Source of the DNA: Lama glama
Taxonomy: Eukaryota
NCBI GenBank assembly: GCA_028534125.1
Contig: CM052819.1
Location: 105,896,001-105,960,000, forward strand
DNA: 64,000 nucleotides
Reading direction: 5' to 3'
The notes beneath the pieces are model-generated. The model searched no databases. It was not told the DNA's origin and saw only the letters and a list, made by a program, of their open reading frames with translations. This document shows positions 21,690 to 33,339 of this stretch, in pieces (position 1 is the first letter of the stretch; each line of letters begins with the position of its first letter). Both the position numbers and the translations under genes were made by a program.

Positions 21690-22253
21690 TGAGGCGGGAA
21701 GCCCCATAAAAAGACCAGCAGGGACCCCAAGCAGGGCCACTACTCTCCTGCTGGCACCATCCAGTTCCCTGGCCCAGAGGCTCTATCTCACTTTTAGCCT
21801 CTGAAACGGCTTACTTACCCCTAAAATTCTATTGGTTTCCTGAACTCCCTTCTGATTGGTTATTTCCTTCACTCCTGATTGGTTATTACTCTCACTTCTG
21901 ATTGGTCCACTTCCTTAACTTCTGATTGGTCCATTTGTAGTACTTCATTTGCATGGAGCTCACTCCTGATTGGTTATTTCTCTCCCCCCTGATTGGTCCA
22001 TTTCTACAAAGCTTGTTCCTGGGTGGTCAACTTCTGTTATACTTTATTTGCGTATGATGTTGCAAAGTGTAAAACTGGCAGCCTATAAAGGCCTGTGTAG
22101 ACCTACAGACGGGGTCCAGAGCTTGGAGTGTTAACTCCTCTGGGCCCGCTGGTGTAATAAACCTGAGTTCTCCGACTCTCCGAGTGCTGCTTGGTGTCTC
22201 GCCTGGATCCAGGTTGCTGGCACAACTGAGCTGTAACACATTTTTCCACAACA
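21690..22253 (+). mobile_element. Solo endogenous retrovirus LTR (class I/ERV1-like), 564 bp
   Basis: TG...CA termini with a 4-bp target-site duplication GGAG (21686-21689 and 22254-22257). U3 has tandem CTGATTGG repeats, then TATAAA at 22084-22089 and AATAAA at 22156-22161. No primer-binding site or internal sequence follows. Confidence 0.88.
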
Positions 22254-22489
22254 GGAGGTCTTGGTCACTTGTTCACGTGACCCTTTGAATGATGTCTGCC
22301 CTCCTCCCCAGACCGGGGGCTCCAGGCTTCAACGTGTGCCGTCGACTAGCGACCTTGCTGTCTTTATCATGGGTGACACCAAGCTACGCCAGCTTTATAC
22401 AGTCATCTGGTGCTTTCCAGACGTCCTGGTCTGGACACTTGTTTCCTGGCGAGAAACTGGGCCTCGTTTGCAAGAGTGTTTCAGCCTTC

Positions 22490-23650
22490 TTCCCTTTGCA
22501 ATTTTTTAAAACACTTTTCAAGCCTACAGCAAATTTGACAGAAAACGTGCTTCGACGTGGCAGGCGGTGACCCTGTGTCACATATGCTCCGCTCTCCCAT
22601 CTGCACGTGCCTGTGTGAGCACTTCTCCCTGCTGGACCTCTTGGGTGTAAACTGTTAACATGACCTTCACTCTGGGTGTTTCTGCATGTGTTTCCTAAAA
22701 TAAGGACATGCTCCAACATTTCTATAATGAGATTATCATATCTAAGAAAAATACCATGAATCCAGTAAGATTAGCTGATACAGTGACCAAGTTTAAGTTC
22801 CAGGTTGAGACTCTTTCAACGAGCAATGTTTCAAACTTTCAGTTTCTTTTATGTTTATTTATTCTTTATTCTTCATAATTTATGTTGATGACTTCTATTT
22901 TACTGGGAAATCACCCACTTCCTCTAAATTTTCAAATTTACTGCCAAAGAATTAAAATTACTTTCTTATTCTTTAAAATAAAATTAATCTGTTCCAAGCC
23001 TCCGATTGTGCTCTTGTATTTAATGTGTGTAGTCTGTGTTTCTTTACTTTTACTTTAAGGTTTGCTGTGAAGTCATGTAATTCATTCATCCTTTGAATAC
23101 CTGGGTTTTCTTACATAGACGTATATGAAAACTCTTGTTAAATGATGTTTCACCAGTTCCTTAGGTTTTTTTCTGGACCTGACACTTTATTAGCTTTGTG
23201 TTCTTCCTTTCAGTCTGGGACCCTAACCCGTTTATACACCTACAAGCACACGAGCACATTTTTCCCTCCATGCAGCAGTTTACCAGCAGTAAACGCAGAC
23301 CCACCCATCCTCCGGCTGAGCGCGTCTGTGTGTGTGTGAGCTCTCTGATCTCTTCTGTTTCTCCCGGAAGCCCTGTCCCTTGCTGCATCATAAACTCCGA
23401 CGCCACGCCGTCAGGGGCATGGGTGTTTGTGATCGCTGTATGCCCTCGACTTCCTTTGCCCCGGCTGGTATGCAACATTCCTCTTACTCCTCTTTATCCC
23501 CAAGTTTGTGTATTTCTAGGAGTTTGTTTAATGTGTTTTGCTACTTTGGTTGTGGTGCATTTTTTTTTTGTATCATTACAGAAGTTGCATCTTTGTCTCA
23601 CTGCCCAGTGTTGGTGCTTTTTTGCTGTGAATATGGAATCCATGCCAGAA
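22490..23650 (-). mobile_element. Degenerate LINE-1-derived T-rich sequence
   Basis: Strongly T-rich tract within a GC-rich context, with antisense L1-like phrases (TTTACTGGGAAATCACCCACTTCCTCTAAATTTTCAAATTTA). Confidence 0.45.
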
Positions 23651-26129
23651 AGGGGGAAGGACCCCCTGTTACGAGGAGCCCGCCCGGAGAAGGCACACTG
23701 AATTTCTAGTACCAACCCCCGGCGTCCCAGCGCCAGGCAATTGTTTCGGGAAGCACGAGTACCGCGGGGGTAGGCATCCCTGAGGACCCCGCTCGTCGCG
23801 CCTTCCTGCGGAGAAGCAGACGTGGGAAGGGGCGCAGGAGGGCTGAGAAGAAAGCCTGTCCCTGCTTTTCCCCCACTGGCTGGCTTTTGGCTTCTTTCAC
23901 ATACCAAGCGCTGCATTCGTACAGTCACTCGAGTTAGTTTTGCTAACTAGTTATGAAAAAGGAGCAGATGCAGGAGTGTTGACGGGCCGGGGCCCTCTGC
24001 TCTGCGCTGCTCCTGTGGCTGCTGCGCGGTAAGGCGGGACAGGGGACGCCGCACATCTGCTCTGTGAAGGACGGAAGGCACCTCTCGGCCAGTGCTGAGG
24101 GCCCCAGGCTGCCTCTCTCCCTCCGTCACCAAGCCTGCCATTTCCAGCTTGCCGGGGCACCAGTTCCCACCTCCAGGCAAAGCCCATCCTTACCACACAG
24201 AGCATGTTCTTAAAAAATTCTTCACAGATTAACCCACATTAATCTAAACCCGATAAAAGCACAGGTTTTCCCTTCTACTCGCTGCTGCACTGTAATTTCC
24301 CCAGCAACCTGCTGAAAAGAGCAAGGGAAACTTAGCAACTGGGCCTGGAGGGAAGCTGCAATTACCGGGTGCGAGGCCGGCGGGGCAGCGGCACCCACTT
24401 CAAAGGCGCAGGGCGGGGGGGGGGCAGGCAGAGCTGTAATTAGCGGGGCCGGAGGAGCAAGAAAGCCCCGTGTGCACTCGCAGTGCGGCAGGAACAAAGG
24501 GACCTCTGTTTGATGTGAATCACCAAGTCCGGGAGGGGAGGTGTGCACCTCCGCCCTCCGCCCTGCAACCGGGGACCCCGCGGCTCCCGCCCTCCGCCGG
24601 TCCCTGCAGACTCAGGGGTGCGGAAAGCCAGGCTTTGGCGACTCGTCCCCTCCCTCTCAGTGCTGGCCCTGGGGGGCCCAGAGCAGGATGGAGAAGCATG
24701 GCCTGCCCACGCTTGGGGGGTGGGTCTGTGAGCCTGTGGGCCCGCAGCCACCCGTTGCAGGCAGAGCAGGCCTCCCTGGGGCTGGATCCTGGGCACCTGA
24801 GGAGCTGGGGCCCCACCCTCCCCACACAGGACCTTGGAGCCTGGGGAGGGAAGCCTCCAGAAGTTCCCACCTGGAGAGAAGAGTGTGTGGGCTTCAGGGT
24901 GGCCACCCACTGGCCACTTCCCTGATGGCCAGTTGGGCCCAGTCTGGCCCCAAATCAGAGTCTTTGGCCTCTGTGTTGGTGTCGGATCCTTGTCACCTTA
25001 AGACATTTTCAAAACCACATTTTCCAAGGACATGGGGTGTGCGGACACTGGCCCTGAGGCACCGTGCGCTGGATTTAAAGTCAGTTTTGTGCCAGCGGGG
25101 CGAGTCTCCCTGAGTGGTGAGCGCAGTCTTCAGCTCCAGTAGAAACGGGCTTTGGGGCGCTTGTGGGTTCTCAGCCTCGCACAGGGGCTGTCTTTGATGA
25201 CGTCTTCTTGCCCGTGTGGGCTTGGCGTCTCTCTGCCTGGTCAGTGAGATGGCCCGGGTCGCGACCCAGCCACCCCCGGGGTCGGAGTGATGCAGTCTCG
25301 TCATTGATACCAGCAGCACCGCCCCGTCCTCAGCCTCTTGCTGGATGTGGGGCCCCCAGCAGTCAGAGGCTGTGTCCTCCCTGGGGCTCCCTGCACCCCA
25401 GCTCTTCTCCTCACTGAGCACCCTCACCTTTGCTGGGAAACGGGGGCCCACGGCCAGCAGCGCCCGCACCTTCCTCCACCAGGTCCAATGCCAGTGCCGC
25501 TGCCGCTCCGTGCTGTCGGGGAGGCCGTGTCCCATCTCAGTCCACGGTCACTGCAGCCCCTGGACTGTCCATCCCCACTCCTCTCCAGGGTCCTCATTCC
25601 TGAGGGTGCCCCTCCCTCCTCAGCCCTGCCACCTCCTCCCTCTCAGGGCCCTTCACTCCATCTGCTAAGGGACTGCTCCGGACAGCAGTTCTCAAAGTCC
25701 ATGCACAGGAACCCGGTGCCCTGGCCCCGTTTTGAGAACGGCTTCAGCTCTGCCCTCTCCCTAGAGACGCTGGCTCCCGGGGGCCCCTCCACCCTGGAGA
25801 GTCGCGCCCTCACTCGGGCTCGTGTCCCCACATCTACCCACCCCCTCCCGCTCCTCCAGCTCCTCCTGCCCTCTCGGTGCAGACTTCCAGCTCCTGGCTC
25901 CCCTGAGCCTGGTTCCTTGAACCCCAGATCCAGGTGCTCGGTAAGCGTGCGATGCCTGAGCCCGGATGTGTGATGGGGCCCAGCTAAGGTCACCGAGGTC
26001 GGAGGACGACTGAGGCCTTCCTGTCACCTGATCCCATGGACTTCCCCCAGAAAACAGATGCCCAGTGGGTGTAAGTTACAGCATGTGGTGCTTTCCAGCA
26101 GAGCTGCTGCCAACTTCCCAAATCACGTC

Positions 26130-26585
26130 TCGTCCTCGTGCTCCACAAACACTGACGGGGACTCACTCCACTCCAGCCACAGTCCAGGCACTGGGCTGCA
26201 GCGACAGCGAGAGGCAGATGGCCGTCCCGCCCAGTGTCCCCTGGTGTCCTCCGGGTATCCTCCCGATGTCCCCCCACGTCCTCCTGGTATCCCCTGTGTC
26301 CTCCTGTGGTTTCCCTCTGTGTGTCCTCCTGGTCTCCCTGGTGTCCCCCTGGGGTCCCCCCGTGTCCCCTGGTGTCTCCCCTGTGTCCCCCCGTACCCCC
26401 CCAGTGTCCTCCCACAGTCTCCTTCCATGTGTCCATGTCCATCTCCTGATGAGGACGCCAGTGTCTCTGGGTCAGGGCACACCCCGCGACCTCCCTCCAG
26501 ATCCAGCTCCAAAGACGGCCACACAGACCCCTGCGCGCTGGGGCTCCCACGTGTGGATTCTGGGGACACAGCTCAGCCCATAGAA
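26130..26585 (-). mobile_element. MaLR LTR (MLT1-type) with an internal minisatellite
   Basis: The minus strand begins TGGGCTGAGCTGTGTCCCCAGAATCCACACGTGG, a typical MLT1 5' end, and later reads GGACGGCCATCTGCC. The middle is expanded by a tandem repeat. Confidence 0.55.
26230..26420. repeat. Degenerate minisatellite with a 10-11 bp unit (CCCTGGTGTCC-like)
   Basis: Repeated CCCCTGGTGTCC / CTCCTGGTATCC / CCCCGTGTCC units. Confidence 0.75.
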
Positions 26586-29308
26586 GCATCATCACAGCAG
26601 AGACTGAGTCATTAAGACAAAAGTAGCTACGTGAACGCGCTGCACGGCATCCGCCCTCTTCTCGGTGTCAGGAACTGAACCAGCGACGTGATAACTAACG
26701 TCTGTCTGCACCGAGTGATGCTTCTCGTGAGGGTGCAGGCCCCGTGTGAACACGTCCTCACACGTCCAAAGTTAAGTCAGTGACGAGAAAGATGCTGGCC
26801 AAGCTGTGACTGCGGTAGCTGCACCGTCCTGGGGAGAAATCTGAGGCTGCAGCGAGCCCGACGCGCCCGTCCGGCCCGAGCAGCTGCTACTCCCCCGCCT
26901 CGTTTGAAAAAATGTGCTTGTGTCTCATCTGCGGGTTTGTCAGAAGAACAAGGACTGTGGCCGGCGGGCGAGGTGTCCCGGGCTCGTTCCCGCGGACAGA
27001 CGTGAGGGGCTGTCGGGGGGGAGCCTCCCCAGTGGCTGAGCAGTCCTGGTCACCACACCCAGCAAGTAGGCGGCGGCGCTCATACATGTGGGGCCTTTAA
27101 AAACAACTTTATTTTCTTACTGCACAAGTGAAACGGCTCACTGTTGAAACCTCACCCATGATGGCGACAAGAAGGAGGAAGTGGCCGCTTTCCGTGGTCC
27201 TGCTGTGGGGTGGTCTCGGCACCTCGGACACAGGGTGCAGCAGCCGGACCCCTGGATGTGCTGCGACGCCTGGGGACACGCACACACGTCGCTCTGCCTC
27301 TTGTCCTAGCCAGCCACGTCACTGGCATGGGCGCCCAGAGCGCTGGGCCCGCTGGCGTCCATTCCTTAGGAGACCGGGGAGAGGGGCTGCCCGCCTGGAG
27401 CCTGAGGCCCAGCTCCTCCTCCCAGTGTCTGCAGGGCCCCCTGCAGCCCCACCCCAGGTCAGAGCCAGGACAAAGGGAGCGCCCACTCCCTTGCAATCCA
27501 CCCCTCCCCACACCTCTGCCACCCCACACGTCACCGCCCGAAGTCAGGGCTCTGGACGGGCACAGAACCCCGTGAGGGGTGGGAGCAAACGCTGATTCTG
27601 GAGCCTGGCACGACCCCCCGCATGTCCTGAGCACCGAGGCCAGCGGGCAGCTGTGGGCAGGGCCAAGACCCTGCGCAAAGATCCTGGTGAGAGATGTGCA
27701 AGGGGGAGGGGACAACCAGGCCCACACCAGAGATGCGACCCCAAGGCCGCGGTCCTCAACTCCCCAGGGTGCGGGCGCCCTGTGGGTGCGGGCCAAGACT
27801 CCGGCAGGCAGACTCAGTCCTTGACCCCTGGCGTGAATATGGTGCGGGGGCCGCAGCGGGAGGCCGCAAGGGCAGGACCTCACGCCGGCCGTTTCGCTGG
27901 CCATTAGCACCTGCCCGAGGACACGCAGCCCCCGGGACAGTCCCACGTGAGCGAGCGAGGGCATCAGGCAGGACTGGAGGGCGGCGTGGGGGCCCCTGAG
28001 TCCAGCCAGGAGGCCCCGGGCAAGTCTCTGGGCCCTCCCTCCAGCTAGGGGTCTCAGAACTGGGAGACTCTCGCACCCAAACCGCGCTCTGCAGGACGTC
28101 CAGGCTCCACCCTCATCCCCACGCCCCCACCTCTCTGCTCCTGCAGCTCGCCCTGGCCCCGTCAGCTGCAGGTCTGCTGAATTTCCAGGAGGAGGAGGAG
28201 GTCTGAAGTCTCACGTTTTACTTCAGGCAGATCAGTGACGCAGCTTGAGGACCAGCACACGCAGCAGGACCCCTCCCCTCCCCTCCCCTCTCTGTCCTCC
28301 CCCAACCCCTCCCTCTCAGAGCCCAGCTGCCGCATGAAACAGTCACTCCAGCACCCAGCTGACAGCCAGCGCTTACCGCGGCCAACCTTGCGAGGGAGGC
28401 TTTTCGGGCGCCAACCCTCCAGCCCCAGTGGAGCCTTCAGATGGGGAAGCCCGGCCACCATCCCCACAGCAGCCCCTGACCCCCGGCGGGGCCGCTGCAG
28501 GAGTCCCGACCCCCTGAGACAGGTGCAGGGGGCACATGCTGTCTGTCTTGAGCAGCCGGCTGACATGTCACAGGGCAGAAGGCTGACGCAGGTACTCGGG
28601 CCTGCACCCAGCTGTTTGGACCCCTTTCCAAGGTCACCCATCTGCTGTCTTCATGTCTCCACTGGGCCCTGTCACGTGCTGATCTGATTGGGACCAAACT
28701 AACAGCAGCACCAGGTCAGCTCCAGTCCGAGCAGGGCTCTTCGCCAGCTGTCAGACATGCACACACAAGCCCGAGACTTCGGGTGGCCCAAGACATTGTC
28801 GTCGAATCAATGTTAATGTCCACTGAGTCTTGTTTGGTTCTATCAATAAATCATACATGAACCACAGATCGTCTAAGCAAGAGATGCATTTTCAAAAAAA
28901 AAAGCCTACTGTGGTTTTAAATATTTGATCAAAAACTATAATTATAATATGTTTGTGCAGTTGTATGCATTTTGTACTGAAATTAATTTAAGGGAAAATC
29001 CAGAAAAAATTCAAAAGAAATTATTGAGCACTGAGAGCCTGCTGTTCACAGAACTTCTTAGACTTTCATTCTGACAGGCACACCTTCTCCTGGTGCAGAG
29101 AAGGGGGAGTGAAGAGGTGGGGCGCTGCTGCCCCGGAGCACTGGCCAGCCCCGCCCGGCCCCTGCTCTCCTCCGGGGGTCGGGGTCTCCTCCCCGCCTGC
29201 CAGACAAGCCTGCTCTCTGGGGCCCGGCCAGACCTGAGTCAGATCCGAGGCAGCACCTCTTAGGCAGGTGGGTTCACCCAGTGCCCAGGTGGGCAGCACA
29301 CTCAGGGG

Positions 29309-29467
29309 CAAGGCTTCCCAGAGGGTCTGAGCAGCCGCGGGGCCATCACCTGGGCACTCCTTAGAAATGCAAATTCTCAGGCCCCACCCAGGCTGAGGGG
29401 GAGCCCAGCCCTGTTTTAACAAGTCCTCTGGGTGGTTCTCATGCCAGATGAGGACTGGGAACAGCTG
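29309..29467. mobile_element. MER5A-like hAT-Charlie non-autonomous DNA transposon
   Basis: CATCACCTGGG...TTAGAAATGCAAATTCTCAGGCCCCACCC...CTGTTTTAACAAG is the MER5A core. Confidence 0.85.
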
Positions 29468-29719
29468 TGGGGTGGGAGGGAGAACCTAGGGGTGCAGTGG
29501 ATCAGGAGGGATGGGAGGCTGGGTGAAGCCAGAGGTGGGAGGAGAAAGAGTGGGGTTCGGGTCCCTGCGGCAGAAAAGCCGGGCATCTGCACAGACCCTC
29601 AGGACGAGGCGGCCCGGCCGGCGGGGCGTCGAAACAAGGCAGCGCCCTGGGCTTCCAGCAGCCCCGCCGGGAGGCCGCGCCAGGCACTGACTCCCTTCAG
29701 GCAACTGTTCACTGAAACC

Positions 29720-29968
29720 GTGCTCAGTGCCACGTGGATGGACCTCAGAACCCCACGCTCAGTGAGCGCAGCCAGAGACCAGAGCACAGCGCGCGGCGCC
29801 TTCGAGTGGGCCGCGCAGACAGCGGATCAGCGGGGCCGGCGCGGGCCTGAGGGGCTGCTCGGGAGCGGACAGAGGTGGCGGCTGCACAGCAGTGTGAATG
29901 TGCTAAGTGCGCTGTGCCGGTCACCTTATAACGGTTAATTTCATGTTACACGAATTTTACGTCAAAAA
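29720..29968 (+). mobile_element. LINE-1 3' end fragment (L1MB-like), GC-shifted
   Basis: TGGATGGACCTCAGAA...GCTCAGTGAGCGCAGCCAGA and TGCACAGCAGTGTGAATGTGCTAA...GGTTAATTTCATGTTACACGAATTTTAC. Confidence 0.7.
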
Positions 29969-32900
29969 GGCCCCACTTAGAGCCACCTGAGATTCCGTCC
30001 TGCGACCCGCACACGATTTTAGTGCCAGTCACGTCACCCGCTCCCCAAGATGCTTCGCAGTCAGCACAGCTGCCCCAAAACCAGCGACGGAGACCGGCTT
30101 TGGTCAGCGGGCCAACGGGCTGAGCGGGCTGAGCCGCCCAGTGCCCCCCAGAGCTCCGTACCTACACGCCGTGGATGCTGGGGGCCGCGGGGCCCGGCCC
30201 CAGGCGGGCCCTGGACCCAGAGCACCTGCTGAGGGTCTGCACGGAGATAGCCCCTGGGGCATGCCGTGACCAGTGATCGGGCATCTCCTCCCCGTGAGGG
30301 GCAGTGGTGCCCCTTCCCCAGGGGGTCGCCCAAGGCCGGGGGCACATGGTGTGTGCTGAGCTCAGAGACGCGGGCTCTGGGCCGGGGAGGCCTGGCATTG
30401 GGTGCCCCCACCCTCTAGAGCTGTCGCCCGAGGACTTCGTCCCGGAGCACTGCCTGCAGCAGCTGAACGGGGCCCCTGGAACAGGAGCAGCAGGCCACCA
30501 GCGCTCAGGTTCAGATCTCGGCCAGGTCTGGGGGGCCCGGGGCTCCGATCCCCTTCAGGGTGGGTGGCTCTAGCTCTCCCGGCGAGGCCAAGCTTGGCCA
30601 GGAGCCCCCAGACACAGGAACCTCACTGCTGACCCAGCCAACCCCCAACTCCTCGCAGGCTGGTCCCAGGAACTGCCTACCCCCACCCTGGCCAGGGCAG
30701 GCTGCGCTGCCAGGCCCCAGGCAGAGGCTGGCTGCTGAGCCCTGGTCTCCATGCGAGGGTCCCGCCGGCTCCGACCCCCACGCTGCAGGCTGCATCCTGA
30801 GGGTCCAAGCTCAACCAGGCCTTCCGCCACCCTCAGTCCGTCTGCCCTGCCATGAGGCGGGCCTTCGGCCGACAGGGCTCTGGAGCCTGCGTCTAGGGGT
30901 GGCGTGGCTGCCCAGCCCCCGCCCAGGAGGTCTGAGGCTCTCTGACAAGTCCTCCCAAGATCTCTCCAATGATCTCATGGTTTGTTCCCCCGGCACTGCC
31001 AGGCTGGGCAGCACTGAATGAATGAACGAATGAGTGACGTCCCTGCCTCACTGATGAGCTGACAGATGCCTGGGTGGACTTTGGGGGTCCCCAGGCCCCA
31101 CGAGGCACTGCGCCCCTGCACCCCCAGGACCCAGATGCTGTCTGGGGCTCCAGGGGGCTCTCACTGGCTCTGAGCGTGTGGCTGCTGCCTTTGCTCCTGC
31201 GCTGTGGACGCACATGAGCCGTGTTGTCTCCGTGGTCTGCGCTCCGGGGATGCATCTCTGCCCAGAAGCTCCTGCTCACAAATCAGCACAACACTGCCTG
31301 CTTCTTGCTCCAAACTAGAGGGTTTCAGGCACCGTGAGCCCCTCGCTCTCGTGGCCGGGGCAGCGTGTGGCAGGCAGACTTAAACGCCAGGCATGCATGC
31401 CAGATGGTCGAGCGGCAGCCAGGAAGCGCAGGTGGGGTGAGGGCACGAGGTGGAGGACCCCGCAGAATTCACCAAGACACAGACAGTCATGGGCAAGCAT
31501 CACAAACAGGAATGTCCCCGTTCAAGCCCTGGCCCTTTCGGGCAGCAGCCAACATGTCTGCTGCCGTCTCACCCCCGGGCTTCGTGCTCCACCTGCTGTC
31601 GCCCCCTGAGCGTGTGTCATGCACCCCTCAGGGGCAGAGTTTCAGAGGCCCCAGGGCTGGGCTCCTCCAGCTGGGGAGAACAAAACTGGCTGCTGGGGAC
31701 TGCAGTGGCTGGAAGCTCTGGGGTCACGGGCCACATCCGTCCAGGGGCGTCGGGCGTCTGTCCCGGGACCCTTGGCTCAGGGCTCAGACCCCGGGAGGCA
31801 CAGCCCTGGTGGCTGAGGTATGGCTTACATGCTCCCCTGTCCACTGACTGCACGCTGTGGAGAGGGACAATTCCCACAAGGAAACGGGGGGAGCGTTGCC
31901 AGAGTAAGGGAGAAGGGGCACGGGGCCCGAACCAACATCGCATTCTGCTGGCGCCTCACACATCACACCCTCGCCTGCCCCGTCCCCACAGCCCGCCCGG
32001 TGGCTTGGGCCTTAGTCCCCTCGCCTCTGCCTCCGCGGGTCCACTGGCAAATCCTGTCGGTTCTGCAGTCCATCTCAGGTGCCCCAATGTCCATCTTCAC
32101 TGCCTCCAAGCCCCAGCCACCCTGCACGGCCTCCAGCTGCCTCGGCCTCCCCGCCTCCCACCCCACCCCGTCCCCACAGCAGGAGGGGCCTTTGAAGATG
32201 CCACTCCACACGCATGGCTCTGGGAACCTTGATGGCCCCACGGCCTGCAGAAGGACAGCCAGGCTGGATGCACTGTCCACGGGGCCAGGCCGGGCTGCTC
32301 CATCCAGCTGCCCTGGAAGCCCCGCCCCCAGCCCTCTGTGTGTGCATGTGCGCCCATGCACGGGCGTGTGGCCGTCTCACCAGTAAGGACAATGGCCCCA
32401 TGGGATTCCGAGGCCTGTGCGTCACCTGCCGCAGGTGATGAATGCTGGGGGCAGGCCCGTGGCTTTGAAGGGGAAGACATGGGAGTGACTGCATCTCCAG
32501 GTGGCTGAGGGGAGGGAGCTGGACGCGTTCTGAGCGTGACTCTGGAGTGACGTCGTCGGCTGCCATCGCTAAGGAGGGGCTGGCAACTGGTCCAGACACG
32601 CGTGTGTGCCCGGAAACGATGAGGGTGGGGCTCCCCGCAGAACCCGCACACACGGTGGGGTGGCTCTCACGGCGCAGTGTCTTGGGGAGGGGCACCGTGG
32701 ACGGCAGCTGAGTAGAAAGTGCCAGTTCCCTGTAGACCCCGCTGTGAGCCACAGTGCGGCGATGTGGACAAGTGACAGCAAATGCTGTCCTGGGTGCTGC
32801 TTACCGCGCCCCCACGCGCCAGGCTCTAGCTCTCCAAGCAGGACCTGGGGCTGTCTGTTCCCCAGCCACACCCTCAGCTGGCCCCCAGGTGGGTCTGCGA

Positions 32901-33339
32901 GGCCTCGATGGGGGGTCACTGCCATCTGGGGTCTCAGGATGAACTACATCCAAGCAGGAGGGCCTCTAGGGGAACCCCGGCCACAGGAGGGGCCCTGCAG
33001 CAGCAGGCGTGGCTCTGGTGGGAGGAGAGGGCTCCAGCCTCAGAGCTGGGCCCCTCCTCAGGCTGCAGGCCGGTCCCAAGGCTGGGACGCCAACTCATTG
33101 AACAGGTAGCACGCCAGAGGGCACTGAAAGGCTGAGACCCCAGAGAGGGGCCCGGCACTTAGAGCCACTTGGCTCTGGGGGTACTTGCCAGCCGGAGGAG
33201 GTGGCTGAGGGCCCCCAGGGCAGCTTGGTGGGAAAGAGCACCTGGACGTCTGCCCCCTGAAGGCGCAGCTCACTCCATGACCGTTTAGGGGGCGGGGACC
33301 TGGTGCCGGGCTCTGCTGTCTATACCGGGGAGAGGCGGT

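Noticed and set aside
21829-22000. Regularly spaced 23-bp repeats resembling a CRISPR array
   Set aside because: This is mammalian DNA. The units are degenerate tandem copies without unique spacers and lie in the U3 of an LTR.
28790-29030. AT-rich block that might be a DNA transposon fragment or conserved element
   Set aside because: I could not identify terminal inverted repeats or a family by eye; RepeatMasker is needed.
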